Below, one piece after another: positions 1 to 13,827 of a stretch of DNA of 64,000 bases. Below the pieces are notes generated by a model that had not been told where the DNA came from, did no database searches, and was given only the letters and a program-made list of their open reading frames with translations. Both the position numbers and the translations under genes were made by a program. The DNA lies in assembly GCA_050084515.1 (NCBI GenBank), contig CM114271.1:34410001-34474000 (forward strand), written 5' to 3'. Numbering within the stretch: position 1 is the first letter of the stretch; every line of letters begins with the position of its first letter. Source of the stretch: Blasia pusilla. Lineage: Eukaryota.

Positions 1-2521
1 TAATTGGCGATGGGCGGATCACCGGCCACGTCCTGGTATCCGAACGTCTGTTACATAGTCGCTTCACGCAAAGGAACCAAAGGCTCACGCCAGGAGAAAA
101 GGGAAACGGACAAATTCCCTTCCACCCTTTCCACAGAGTAGTTTTCTTCGGCCGCCGCTCCTTTTTAAGGAGTAACGAAAGCGTGGCCTGTTCTTGAATT
201 CGGATGTCAAAAAAGCCTCAAGTTCATGTCACCGGTCGCGAATGTTTTATGACTGTCCAGATACGCGCCTCCCATCTCTTTCATGTTCCGCAACTGACCG
301 TAGGTGGCAATCAAATCCATCCATCCCCTTCGACGTTACCGAATGATTCTTCTATCCGACAGCGGCCGAGGTTAGCTAGCAACTTCTTATTCCCCCCCGA
401 TCGAGCAAAAGGGAATGTAGCTCAGATCCAGAGACGTAATGAACCCAGTCCAAATGTCACCGCAGCCCGAGCAGGAAACCGTACTGCTGGATCTGAAGAC
501 ACTCACTTCTCCTGCATCCAAGCGAAAAATAAAGCCCTCGGAAATCCTCCGCATATGTACCTGCCCCGAGAGCCTACATATGTATGATGATACATATCAT
601 GACGAGCTTCGAGCTCACCTCACGGTACCCCAGCGTGCCGTGGCCTCCTGGTCAGTGTTCAAGGGCCGTGGATGCGCCGTGAGACGTCCAAGTACCCTTC
701 CTATCGCTGAAATTAGACTGGCCGTCACACACCATGGGCCCCAAGGACGACGGGGTACACTGGACTTCCTCTTCGGTACTTTTATAATTATAGTTATAGT
801 TACTGTGCCCGTGGGATGAAGGGGTTAACTCCCAAAATTGTTATGGGATATGTTTTTAAATCAATTTAGAAAGAATGATTCCGTTGGTTGAGAGATGGTT
901 GGGACCACATGAAGAGTTTGGAAAAAATGGGTTTGGGCACTCCCCACTTATCCTACAGATTAATGATAGACCAAATCCCCCATGGTAAAGTAGGCACCCG
1001 ACTAACCTATTTCTTCGGAACTTCGTGGAACTCTCATATCTGACATGATCGCTCTATCCCACTTCTAGGCCAAGTGATCAACCTCGCACCCTACGAGCAA
1101 TCAAAGGTGAGAAGCCTGGCCCACGTAGGACCAAATTATCTCTGCCGTGATTGCAGGCAGGGAAGGAGTACCTGCTGCTGCTGATGATAGATTTTCGCTG
1201 CCCAAGTTGATCGATATCTAGTTTCGCAAAGGCTCCAGAAACTTCCGCCTAGCGTTTGGGGTGATTCTCTTGCCCCTTAGAGATCACTGCCATAAATCGG
1301 AACTGATACTCGTCGATTTTCCAAGAAAGGAACCTAAGGATTTTAATCTGTAGGTTCTTGTACGGCTTGTCCAAAAATCTGGTCTCAAAACAGGAGTCCA
1401 AAGGTAACCCCGTTCTCCAAATGTTGAAAAGGTGAAAAGAGGGTTTGGAAGTCAATAGAGTTTATTAACATTCGGTAGACCATGGAAAGTCGAAGTCGGA
1501 TAAAAAGTAATGGTCCCAATTGCCACAAGCTTCTGTGGTTGCATTCCAGAAAAGTGTAAAAAATGACCACCTATAACTCAAGTCAGGGTTTTAGGCTCAA
1601 CTACACATTCAGGGAATACATACATATATATATTTATATCCATGTATATATAGAAAGTGGTGCGGTGGATTAATCGTCTTCTAGCTCGTGGAGCTGGAAT
1701 CTGATCGAGAGCTTGGCAGCTCGAGCCGACCGACTTCATGATCATCTGGGTAGTCGCGGAAGCAAATCTCTATCTAGTTCTAGAGCCGTTACCACGAGTC
1801 TCGTGGACTCGCCGGATCGCTGAAGGTAGTCGAGCCGTTGCGTGAGGATACATGCGATACACAGTGCCTGCTGCCGATTTGTATAATTAGACAAAGCAAC
1901 AATCACGGAGTTTGAGTGAGGTCACGATCGACGGTCACGTCAGACTTGCATGTCTTGAAGCTCAGAGAAAGAACCTGGCAAAACCCCTGACGAGTGCGTG
2001 CGGGACATGTGGAATCAGGTCGAGTGGCCAGTCAATATTGCGGAGAAACCATCTCCTTTTCGACAGCCTCTCCTGTGAACGTATGTTGAGGGGAATACTC
2101 CAGATAGGAGTGGGATTCTAAACGCTGGAGTCACACTACAACTAGAAGAGCTTCAGGCGCCTCGAGTGAAGCTCAAATGCTCCTGTGATTTGGGGAAGCT
2201 GAGTTGAGTTAGATTTTAGTCCTCGGATTCGACATCGTATCTCACGGGCATCTTCACTTCTTTTAGATTTCGAACATTTCTATTTGGAAGTATTGGTTTT
2301 TTTTGCATAGTCATGGGTCATCCGTACCCTTGGTACTGAGGTCGAGATCACCACACGGTCTACGGGGATGTCTTTGATAGGACCGTAGATCTACAGCTTT
2401 GAGAGGGAGAGAGAGAGAGAGAGAGATCTGCCGAAATCTGAAGTCTGAGCAGGAGTCGACGTGTACATATTCAGATATCTCGGACACAACTCAACTATCC
2501 GTCGTCTTCATCCAGAGCACC

Positions 2522-4614
2522 ATGGCCAGATCAGCATGCGCGAAACTTGTCGTCCTACTCGTTTTGGTGTTTTCTGTCACAGAATTATTTCAATCGTGTC
2601 AAGCGCAGGTAACTTAGCGTCCAACCGCGCTTCGCAAATGAAGATTCTGGATCTTGGAGTATATGAACAGGCCTGAGGGTGTGTGTTGATGGAGGACTCT
2701 GCATGTTGACGCATACGGGACCGATCCGGGATCATGCGTTTTTGTGTAGGATACTCCTTGTGCATCTGATTGCCATGCTCCTAAAGGTGCACGGTTTGAT
2801 CCATTGTTTTCAACTGTTGTGCTCTTGTTATCCGTGGACAGGTCAACAACGTGAACCCACAGTTCGTGTTTGTGCACGGAATTGGCCATGGCGCGTGGTG
2901 CTTTACCCAACTGATTACGACTTTACAGCAGACGGGTTACACTGCGACCGCGATTGATCTTACTTCTCATGGAAGGAACAAAGCCATCGCAGATAATGTG
3001 ACAACTGTTGCCGCTTATATTCAACCTCTCACTGACTTCTTCACCACACTCAGCGTTCCGGTAAGGCCTCGCATCTGGACTCTTTCACGTTCTCCATTTT
3101 ACCTCGATTCTAATCCACTCTTTTCGACCTCATTTGCACCGGAGGGAAACTTTCCTTGGGGGACTTTTCGAATACTGAAAATGGGCTGCGCTGAGGCTCA
3201 AGACTTCAAGGGTGCGAACTTCAAACATGTAATGGAGCAATAATAGTGACTTATGGAGCCGTCGAATCTAGTTCAGGCGTGATTTTGGAGTGTGAATATT
3301 GTACACCCTACGCGGATCATCCATAGCTAGCACTTTCGTCGACGACCTCACGAGCATGTATGATGTGGTATTAACACATTAATTACCGGCGAACTTCCAA
3401 TAGATGTATTCAATCGGATTTTATTGGTGTGATCTCGAACTCTTGTGAACCTTTTGATTCTCGTTGCCTGATGTACGTTATGCACAAAGCTGATACGTCA
3501 GTTTCTTTGTGTAAACTTGTGGGATCCTTTACTTCGGAATTCATAGTGAGCTTCTGAGCCGGCCGAGCTGCTCTCTCTACATCGTCTACTCACCTTTGAA
3601 GATTGAGGTTGGATTGAGCATTGAGACTCTATTGTTGGTTGAGAATTTTCCGTGGTCGTTTGTAGACAATTCTTGTGGGTCATAGTCTTGGAGGCGGACC
3701 CATCTCGGTCATCATGGAGAATTTTCCCAGCAAGGTATTGAAAGCTGTCTATCTCGCAGCTTCCATGCCAACCAACGGGCAAACCTTCTTCAACGCGTTC
3801 CCCGCCTCGGTAAGTCGCTGGGGACTTCATATTCAGACGGTACTCAGATTCGAAGATTGCAAGAGTTAGTGTCGGTTTCATCTACCCAAGGTGCTCTGGA
3901 ACTCGCTCTGATGCCCTAACTCAGTCCTGTGGTCTCGACAGACGTTTACCCGACTCCTGACAGACAGGAATTTAATCCTGAATGGAAACCCTCCCACATC
4001 CGCGAGTTTGAACGTGGCGAATTTGACCGGCTTCTTCTACAACGAGAGTCCTGCATTTGTGAGTTCAGCCCAACTTCAGCTTCTACAAATAGAATTCTTC
4101 ACACGCGTGCAAGAATTCTGCACACAAGGTTCTTCTAGATCGCATGGTGTAGATATATATAAGCTCCAGATTTCAATTTCGGTCCTCTCATAACGATCTC
4201 TTCCAGCTCTTTTATGATGATTGCTTGGCAGATACCGTGAATCTGGGCCCACTCGCTCATCAAGCGCGGAGGCTAGCTGCTCGTTCAGGTTCACTATTGA
4301 AGTAATATATATTTTGATCTGATGCGGTCGCTTGGAATTGGCAGGCTGTGAACCTCGCAAGTACACTTGTGGTTCCAACACCGACGCAGATGGGTCAAGA
4401 GCCTATTACTCTTACGCCAGGAAACTACGGTTCTATCAGGAGATTTTACGTCAAGACACTTGCGGATCTGGGCGTTACTCCCGAGGAACAGCAACAAATG
4501 ATCGACGCGAATCCACCAGAGAAAGTTTATCCATTGCAGAACGCCGATCATGCAGTGTTCTTTTCGCGGACGATTGTGCTAGCCACTATTCTCAAGGACA
4601 TAAAAAATATATAG
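2522..4614 (+). CDS. Methylesterase (MES/SABP2-like alpha/beta hydrolase), 5 exons, about 278 aa, with predicted N-terminal signal peptide
   Basis: Exons 2522-2608, 2842-3060, 3666-3809, 3942-4058 and 4345-4614. All introns are GT-AG and phase 0, giving a continuous frame. Motifs: FVFVHGIGHGAWCF, AIDLTSHG, ILVGHSLGG (catalytic Ser), KAVYLAASMP, RRFYVKTLADLGV (Asp), NADHAVFFS (His). Confidence 0.92.
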
Positions 4615-6805
4615 ACTATTAGTTAAAGCGCAGCGTTGTTCCAATAAGTAGCTGCCCATGCAATACCATATGCTTTTCAGTTATATTGATTTCGCCCGTT
4701 ACACTCTGGAAGTTCCATTCTCAAGTGAGAAACTCGCAAACGTACACAGACATGTGTATATTACATTTGGCGTTCTAAACTGGCCCTTTTCCGAGGTCGC
4801 GTGTCAGTAAACTATGACAAATCTCTTCCCACCACTCATGATCATGGAACTACAAATGTGAGCACGTTTTTTAGACCTGTCTGTCTCTAGATATCGTCAC
4901 ATGTGAGCTCTCAGATTGCTTGGGATAGGTTCCACACCTACACCGTTCGTAACGCTTCCACGCACAACTTCGTGTATCTATTGAGCCACAGTTGGGCTTG
5001 AGGGCACTAGTCCTGGCGTGCACAACGTCCATGATCAGTATAATAATAATGCGGCAAGTCAGACTCACAATCGTGAAGTTTGTCCCCTGCGAGGATAGGG
5101 TCCAAGAAGCATCCTACAGTTGGGCTGTCAGGGTCCAGATTAATGCGCAAGCTGTCTAGACTTGCACTAGCTTGAGTCGATCGGGCAAAAGCTTGCTCTT
5201 ACTTCTCGGATGAAGATTCGTGGATTCGAGCTCGAGCTTGAGCTCGAGGATTTTCATTCTTCCGCGGGACTACTTGAGGTACTCTCGCTTCAAGTTGTCG
5301 ATCTAAACGTGTACGACTTGTCCCAGGTTTCTACGCGAATCGTCCGACGTGCTACCGACAGATTCCACGGGAGAATCGCTCGTTGGCTTTTAGCTTTCCA
5401 GCAGCCCAATTGTGGATTTGTTCCCACAGATTCAGGCTTGAGGTGGTTACGTGCCAAGAGTCTCAGCTCTCATCCACCGAACGAAGCGCAATGCTACTAC
5501 GGGGAGAAGGCCTCAGAGATTCGAGCACCTCTCTCTAGCTTTCGAAAGCTGCGGGCCCTCCTGATTCGATAATATGATGTTTCTTGAACCCAAAACGCAA
5601 AGCGAATTTTGTTTCTCCGCCAGGAAGCGAATGTAATCGTGCGCTGGTTCGCTTTCCAAAAGCTCCGCCTCAAACTGCTTTTGTAAAATTCCTTCTGCTA
5701 CATCTGCAGACGGGAATCTTGAGGCTGGCCCACGTAAAGTAGAAGAATCGGTCAAAACTAGTTTGCGCCGATGAAACGCTTCATCGAATCGCTTGCCTTT
5801 GCATCGCTGAGCGCCCGCAGCTCCTAATATTCTGATCCTCGACGTTCGCACTACCCCATGCGGGAGCCCGGTGCGATTATCAAAAACCCTTCGTTTCCAA
5901 ACATACCTCGGCCTTTCCCGACTCATGTTTATTTATATTTAAAATTATCCAGTCCTCGAGCGTTGGAACATAAACAAGCTTCATGTTCTTCATTCTTCAT
6001 GGAGGAAGCCTCCCACCTTTTCCATTGTGCTCGGAGGAAGTGAAGATAATGTTCTTCTCATGTAGTTTTCTTTTGGGAATGCGTACGACATTCCACTAGT
6101 AACGCTCTCGTGAGGGTGGACTTGCCATGAAAAAGTTATTCGTTCGTGTGTGTGTGTGGGAGTACATTCCATCCTAATACCCTATGGATCGGATATCTTT
6201 TGGGGCGTTTTCAACATGTTGTAAGCACTTAGTTTACTAATGAAAAAGAAAAATTCCCAACGCGTCATGAAGTAGCTCACCTATGCTATGCACCAAAAGC
6301 ATATTATTTAAATATATTGCATTTGGAGAACCATAATGCGTCATAATGGTTGAGGGAAGTGTTAGTGTTTTCGTTCTTAAAAAACTTTTATGTCGTGCAT
6401 CATAATAGAATGACCATATAACTTTCACGTGATATTTTCAGTCTCTTTTTCTTTCTTTCTTTTTTCCCAATTATTCTTCTTGTATCAGTTATGTGCATTA
6501 TGGATGAAGTCTCTCATGTCTATAGTATCACGTATAGTGTCTTCGACTACTCTTCATGCTTACATGTACTTCTAAGAACAAGCTTCTTCTTGAGTGCCGA
6601 AGGTAGCTACGTATAGTACAATATAATGCATTCCCTAACAACCTCAAGAATACTTGGTCAAATCTAGCCCTACAACTATTAAGCAATGAACAACCTTCAA
6701 CCCATGAAAAAAAAGTTATAAACAAAAAAAGAGGGCTTACTCCATGTATCGGCTGCACATTTTAGGCTACATTACCTCTCACTAGTGATTGAAGAATGTG
6801 AATAA

Positions 6806-6870
6806 GCTCCCATGGGAGTTGAACCCAATTAAGTTGTTGGCAAGTTGACTAGGAGCTAAATAGGCTACGC
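6806..6870 (-). mobile_element. Possible tRNA-derived SINE head remnant
   Basis: The minus strand reads GCGTAGCCTATTTAGC...GGGTTCAACTCCCATGGGAGC, which has A-box-like and B-box-like spacing but no intact cloverleaf. Confidence 0.3.
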
Positions 6871-7469
6871 AATCCACTCTTAAATAAAAACCACTACATT
6901 TCAAGAAAATTTTTGGGTCTAGAGAGCTCCAATGTACTCCCAATACACTTTCAATTCACCTAAGACAATTCACAAAGTTTACTCACGTAAGTGAAAAAAC
7001 TAAGTTTTTCACTCATAAAAAGTGTTCTATGAGTGTTCTTATACTCTCACATAGAACACTCAAGGTTTAGCACATCCTTAATCTTTGGTGTTTTTTTCCA
7101 AAAAAATCAACACCCTCCCATTTCTCCCTTGCATCTGGGTAAAAATTTTTTATTCTCTTCTCCGTCATTATTTAAGGAGTTATCGTTGGGAGAGTTCATT
7201 GTTTTAAATAGCTCCCTAGGTACGCGATAGAAAGAAAGATATGTATTTTTTATTGTATGATTTTTGTGTGTTTATGGTGTGGATATTTCATATCCACACA
7301 TTCAACTTCTTGCATAACGATTGGGTGCATATCTTTCCAAATAACGAGTGATCACTTATTTTTCTTGATTGATTTTTTAAGGTAATTAATCAGTTTATTG
7401 GAATTTTACTTTTATTAAAACTATAAACAATCATTGTATGCATTCATAAAATTTGGTATTTGCGTGAGA

Positions 7470-10400
7470 TAGCATGGGAGAATCTTCAGACGAGGAAGGT
7501 GAAATCCAAAGAGTCGGAATTTAACTCGTTGTCATCGTAGGGAAGACTTATAATAAGAGAAAGATGTTAGGGAAGAATGAGAAGAAGAAGGGCATTGGGC
7601 AACGCAATGCCCAAATTTGACATAATTGGATGCTTTGGTGGGTGATGCTAGATTTTTATGAGATGTTACACCTAGGGAAGCCAAGATGAATTCGAGGATG
7701 AATTTGAGAATTTTTTGAGGAAGTTAGTGGAGATAGCTAAAATGGTCAATTAATCTTTCAGTGATGGGGAAAAAATTTATTGGCATATGGCCTACCAAGA
7801 TGCCTTGACTTGGGGGAGTATAATTTTTCAATGGATAGAGAGAGAATTTGATGAGACGGAATGAATCCAACTTTGAGGATAGATTGGTGACTCCATTAAT
7901 CGACCCGGTCATGAGGAAATTGTTCATTGATCAAGCTAGAGAGTGGGAATATTGGAGAGAATAGAGTCAATAATTACCTCTCATCGGATTCCTCATTTTT
8001 GACGGATGTAAAGTATTCATCATGAGGAGGGCTAACTTTGATTTCTCCCTTCTCAAGACTATTGCATATTTTCGTAACCACGGTTGCATGCATAGGATGA
8101 TGGGAATCTCCACACACATAATATTTTGTTGCACTTTCCCGATTGGGATATTTAGACACGGAGTAGTTCCTCTTCCCACCCTCGACACACTTTAGTGTTT
8201 GTTGAAATTACCAATCTTCGGCTCGTGTGGATATTTAAGCAAGCATATATATAGTTGGTTGGTTCCATTCAATACCCTCATCCATAAGTTTATAATCTAA
8301 CCCCGGTCCACTCATATCTTTGGAGTTAACAAAACATTATCTGATGCATTTGATGCTTCAACTATATTAGAGATCAACCATTCACAAAGTTTTCTGATGT
8401 CCATTCTCTTGGGATTATCTTACATAGGATGCTAAAGAATCTGTATACTTTTGCATATACCATATACCACCCTCCATGAAATATTGAGAGAAAAAGTTGA
8501 TTTACTAGGTCAAGAAGATGTTCGATCCAACAATAGGCACCAGAGCATATTAGGGCTATAGAGGCAAAGGCTAATATATCTAGTGTTCTCAACAATATCG
8601 CTAATCCTACAAATTTTGTGAATGATGTATGTTGTTTTTCATCCCGTTGTTGTGGAGTAGACCTTAGATGGTTAACTTAGGCTAAACATATATGGAACTA
8701 TTTATAAAGGAAGAATAATTTGTGTTATTAGATTATCAATGAATGTGTATTATCCATATGTAACATGATGCAAATCACAACACTACTATAATTGAGAAAT
8801 AATGAATGTTGTTTGGAGATACAAATATCATATAAGATCATCAAAGTTGTGTGTCCATAAATCATATTAAACCAAAAAATAAATAAAAAATTTATGAAAG
8901 CCAAAATCGTAGGGTTTTTCAAATAGTTTGAATGATTGAATCAAGATTTCTTATCATTAATGCATTTAATATTTCGGTTTTGCATTATTTGCAGGAGCCA
9001 AATATTTCTTTCACTTTCTATTCCACAACCATGTATGCATTCTACGGATATCCCAATGGAAGCTAGCTATCACAATGGTTTCGTTGCATTCCCAATCTGA
9101 GACAGTGAATAATCCTCTTATTGAGCCATCAATCGTTCTTGATCAGTTACCATTGCAAGCACAAGTAGAGAATCCTACATTAGAGGCCATCATAGAGGTT
9201 GTAGCCAATTTCTATTTTTAATGAGCTAAGTGAGAGACTTTCACGAATTATAGATTATGAGAGTGTGGACATTACTGCACTAGGACTACCAATTTTTATT
9301 CCATTGAGAGACCCTCGGTCACCCTCCACTCCCATTTTTAGAATTGAAGAAAATTTCGTGGAACATGTTGGAAGATTCGAAACCCTTTTTTTCATAGTTT
9401 GATGGGACAAAGAGCGTGGGATGGCACAAAGTTTAACATCCCCTTGCATTCTAGTGATTCGTCAATGAATCATGTTTGGGAGGATATGAGACCTCGATGC
9501 ATGAACATTTGAAGGGAGCAAGGGAGGAAGGTTGAACTGCAAAGAATCTTCCTTAAGATATTATCATTGAATGTCGAGAGATGAACGTGGATTGGATCAC
9601 GATGTCATTGGGATCGGGACCAATCACTCATGCTACTATTTTCACGGCCTTGGATGAAATCCCTTGATAAGGGAAGCGCAAGGAACAATTGACATCACCT
9701 ACACCTAGTTAGAAGAGTCTTAATCCACGTCCCAAGAAGCAAGTTTTACTTCTTATGGGAGAGATTATCGTAGAATTTTCTTGGTCATCAACCCCTAGTG
9801 GCCAAGCTATAATAACCACAGAGGCGCTCTAGACGTCATCACCTTTTCCTACTAACATTGGTCGAGCTCAACCTACAATGCGAAAATCCCTTTTCTCCAG
9901 CCTGATGGCGAAATTGATACAGACCGGTTCAACATCCCAACGCCCTCCCAGCCATGTACAACCTGCGCATCATCGAAAGGAAATTTCCATGCTTCATTCG
10001 TCGTTTTGGATTACCTCTGGAAGTTTGGATCTTGTTTTGAGGAATTCATGAAATTGAAAGTGAAGCAACTCATTGACCACTCAGATGTGGAGATGATGGA
10101 GAAAATTTTTGAACATAATTAATATCTTGAAGTTGAGTTGGTGAGGGCTACGTTGAAGGTAAAAGTTGAGCCCAACTACAAGAATGCCAGCCATAAGTTG
10201 AGGGATGGCAATAAAGAGGCCCTAGATAGATGGAGAGAGTCCAAGAGTTGGAGATGATGATGGAAGACTTGATTGATGTTCAAGGAAAGATGGTGGATAC
10301 TCTGACATTGCAATTACCATTGAAGGATAAATCCATTTTGATTGTGGATCTAGTGTAGATACGTGTTCAAGAGTGGATTGGAAGATATCCATTGCTTTGT

Positions 10401-11050
10401 TGTGCAACTTGTGAGATTGGAAGACATGCATCACATTTCTTAATTTGAGTGGATTGGTTCCACATGCTAGTCCTAGCATGTGTTCCTCTGTCTTCCATTG
10501 TCTTCCATCTTCATTGCTTCTAGGAGTATGCATCCCGATATTTGAAGTGCACTTGCCAAATCCTGTCCTCAAGTAATTTCTACAAGTACTTCGAAAGGCA
10601 GAGGAAGATCCGGAGTGGAGCGAGGAATGGAGGTGTCTAGGGAAATATGGTGGATCCGAATTCACTGGACTATATATGATAAGACATTCCGACATGGGAT
10701 CAAAACTGGGGGCTCCAAGACTTCAAGTGGAGATGGACAAGAAACTTCATATTTTACTTCTCATTGATAAATAAAAGAAACTTGGATCACCACCTCAAGG
10801 ACGGTGGAAAGATTATGCAATATATGTTCCACGTTTAGGGTATCTTCAAGGAATGTATACTAAGCAACTTGACGAAGGAAGATAATTTTTGACTAAGGTT
10901 GATGAGGAATTCTCCAAATATAGAGACAAGGATGAGTTGGGTACTTGACATTCCATGTTGTATCCACCATCTGATTTAGATATGGAGGATCTACTATCTA
11001 ATCAAGTAGTGGAGGAGTGCATTGACTAATTGTGAACATTGGGATATTGA
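7470..11050 (+). pseudogene. Heavily decayed coding-like region, probably transposon-associated; family not identified
   Basis: Purine-rich stretches translate to protein-like segments (MGESSDEEGEIQ..., MERVQELEMMMEDLIDVQGK..., GRWKDYAIYVPRLGYLQGMY...) broken by many stops. An intron-like acceptor (tttgcag) lies near 8994. Confidence 0.3.
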
Positions 11051-12043
11051 TAGGATGCAAATAATGTCACGTGATAGCCCAATTAGGACTTGTTCTTCAG
11101 ATGTAAGTAAGAGAGAAACAGGAAAGAGGTCTTGTAACGCTGATATTCTGTAGTTTAAAAGTTTAACACCTCAAATTTTGAGAAGTTTAATCACCTCTTG
11201 TATATGTAAAATTGTAAATATTTTTACGTGATATTTACATTGTGCCATGTTGGGAATATTGAGCAATAGAAGAGTAAAAGAAGCTTAAGACTAGTTTTGG
11301 AGTTTTTTCATGAAAAGGATGAGAGTGTTTGTATGTCTATTTAACTTTTTCAACCTTGGTTGGGATGGATGTATAGATATAGTGTTTGTATTTCTATTTA
11401 AAATTTTCAACCTTTAGTGTCTTGAGAGTTATTGGCTCCTCGACAAACAATAACTTGGTTATTCACAATTTGATAAAGGAAAATATAATGATTTCAAACC
11501 ATTCTCCTTATTTAACGATTACAAAACACCTCCAAGGAAGCAATAATCTTGCTACCCAAAGTCCCTTACAAAAAGGAAGCCTATGGTTTGAAAAACTTTA
11601 TTACATTACATTAGGTTTTCTTTCATATTACATTACATTTAATTATTCTATTTAGTTTAAAAAAGTGTAGATATTGATGTTTAGACTACATGATTCTTTT
11701 ACTTCAATTATTTGTATTTTTAGAATAGCCAATAGAATGTCTTCTTAAATATTTAGGATCTTTTCACTTTGTTCTTATGGCATATTATGAATGTCATTCA
11801 AGGATTTGTGAAAATATAGACGTGAAAAAAATTTGCTTACGTCATAGTCATAAAACCCTCCAACATCCTAATATGTAAATTCCCAAAGCTATTAACAAAA
11901 CGTAAGGCCATGCTCAAGAAAAATGCAAATGAAAAAATTAGACTTGTTCTCAAATGCTACAATTAAAATAAGTACACATGAATGAACTTTGAATTTAATG
12001 TGAGAATTACAAAGGAATGCTTAAATAATTATATAATAATTTC

Positions 12044-12720
12044 CAAGGTTGCACACGGACAAAGTTTGAGTCCGTAGGCTTGTGTCCATCCAAGGAATGA
12101 ACATGTCAATGTGGGACCAACTGCTCGACGCCCTCATCCTCCACATATGCCCATTCTGCCCACATCTCCATAGTTGATCCTACACCACAATTCATGGATG
12201 GGTGTGATACGAGTCATTGCTTGGACTACATCAATGCTGATGTAGTCCACCGAGCCCACAAGCCCCATACTGGACCATTGAGGGTCTACGACATGTCCAC
12301 ATACGGCTCGCAGGGCCCGCATGTGTTTGCGCATACCTTGGGGGCCTTATGCGCGCCCTATCACGAGCCAATGTGGGCCACGCGCAGGCCTTTGCAACCA
12401 AGGTGTGGGCTATAAAACATATGGCAAGAATGAGCAATGGATCGTTGGACTAGGTACAAGTTGGCCAAGCCTAACTGCCTAGGTGTGCGTTGCGGGCGGG
12501 GCAGACGTGGGTGCAGGCCGTGGAACTCGGGCCGCATGAACATATATGTCATAGGGTAGGATATAAGTGCACGAAGATGGACTTCGTTCGTATGTAACTA
12601 TGCAAGCCGGGCACAAGTAGGGATCGTGGTAGGAACGCGGCACACTACAGGAATTGATATGAGAACGATTGCATGATGGCATGCCTAAACAAGTCCATTT
12701 TTTTTCTTTCCATTTTGCAT
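12044..12720. mobile_element. Non-autonomous hAT-like element, same family as the element starting at 36060
   Basis: It starts CAAGGTTGCACACGGACAAAGT, versus CAAGGTTGCATATGGACAAAGT at 36060. Similarity continues (gtccatcc...acatg.c.atgtggg). It is a GC-rich island in AT-rich DNA. The right end is uncertain. Confidence 0.55.
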
Positions 12721-13827
12721 TAAAAAAAATACAGATTATTTTCCCATTTTCTAAACATCTTATGCCTTAATATGTTACATCTTCAATTTTAATTTTAATT
12801 TTACCCTATTTAAATCAAATGAAAACTCTTCAACACCTATATCATTTTTTTTCAATAAAGATGATTCTTGTCATGTTGCGCTCAAATAAAGATGCCTCTC
12901 AAATGAAATTTGGCATAAGTTGCGAAATAGATCAAAATTATTGAATGTAATTTATCCAATACTAAATTAAAGAATCTAAAGTGTAGTAAAGTCCTAAGGA
13001 ATCTATTTCTATCTTATACTAAGCTTTAAAAAAGGATGAGGAGATCTTTATAGAAATTAAATTTTTATTTAAATTTAACTTTAATATTAATTAAATCTTC
13101 CTAAGTTTCCTTTTTTTTCCAATTTTTAAATTTTTAAAATAAATTTTTCAATAAATTTCAAATGGGTAGGGAAGAAGAAGTTCATGTATTAAAATTTCAT
13201 TAAATAATTTTATATAATATAAATAGGAAATATACAGGAAATTTTCCCCTAATATTTATGACTATTATTTTCCCTTTTTTGAAAATTTTCTAAAAATTAA
13301 GAATTGATAAGGATGAATGATTAATTATATTTAAAAGTCGCCTGAAAATATTAAAATAAGATGAAACTACTAAAAATCCCAAAATTTTAATTATCTTCTC
13401 TCATTTTAAAACTATTTTTAAAAATCTTTAAACTAAATTGAAAATATTATTTTAAAATATTTAGAGGAAAAATTAGGGACTACTTCGGAAAAAGAAACAT
13501 AAAACAATAATTAGAGAATTTTGGGAATTTTATTTTTATTGAAAATGATTCATACATTTTTTTCAATTTTCAAGCTTGGTAGGGAGGGAAATTTTTAAGT
13601 AATTTCTTGAAAACAAATTGATAAGAAAATCAAGTGACATTCTTTTCTTCATTGAGAGATGGGGATTACAAAAAGAAACCATAACTAATTTTCCCTTCAA
13701 TTCATCCAAAAGAAGTTATGTTCTTTTAAAGTGAAAGCATAGATTCATAGATTCATTACTATTAATATTCAAGCAAGAAATTCTCCTTTTTTTGAAAAAA
13801 AATAAGTGCACTACATTGGCATTCTTA

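Noticed and set aside
1..1660. ORFs 204-587 and 439-819 and surrounding sequence
   Set aside because: No recognisable motifs. It looks like non-coding repeat or LTR-type sequence, but no element boundary could be supported.
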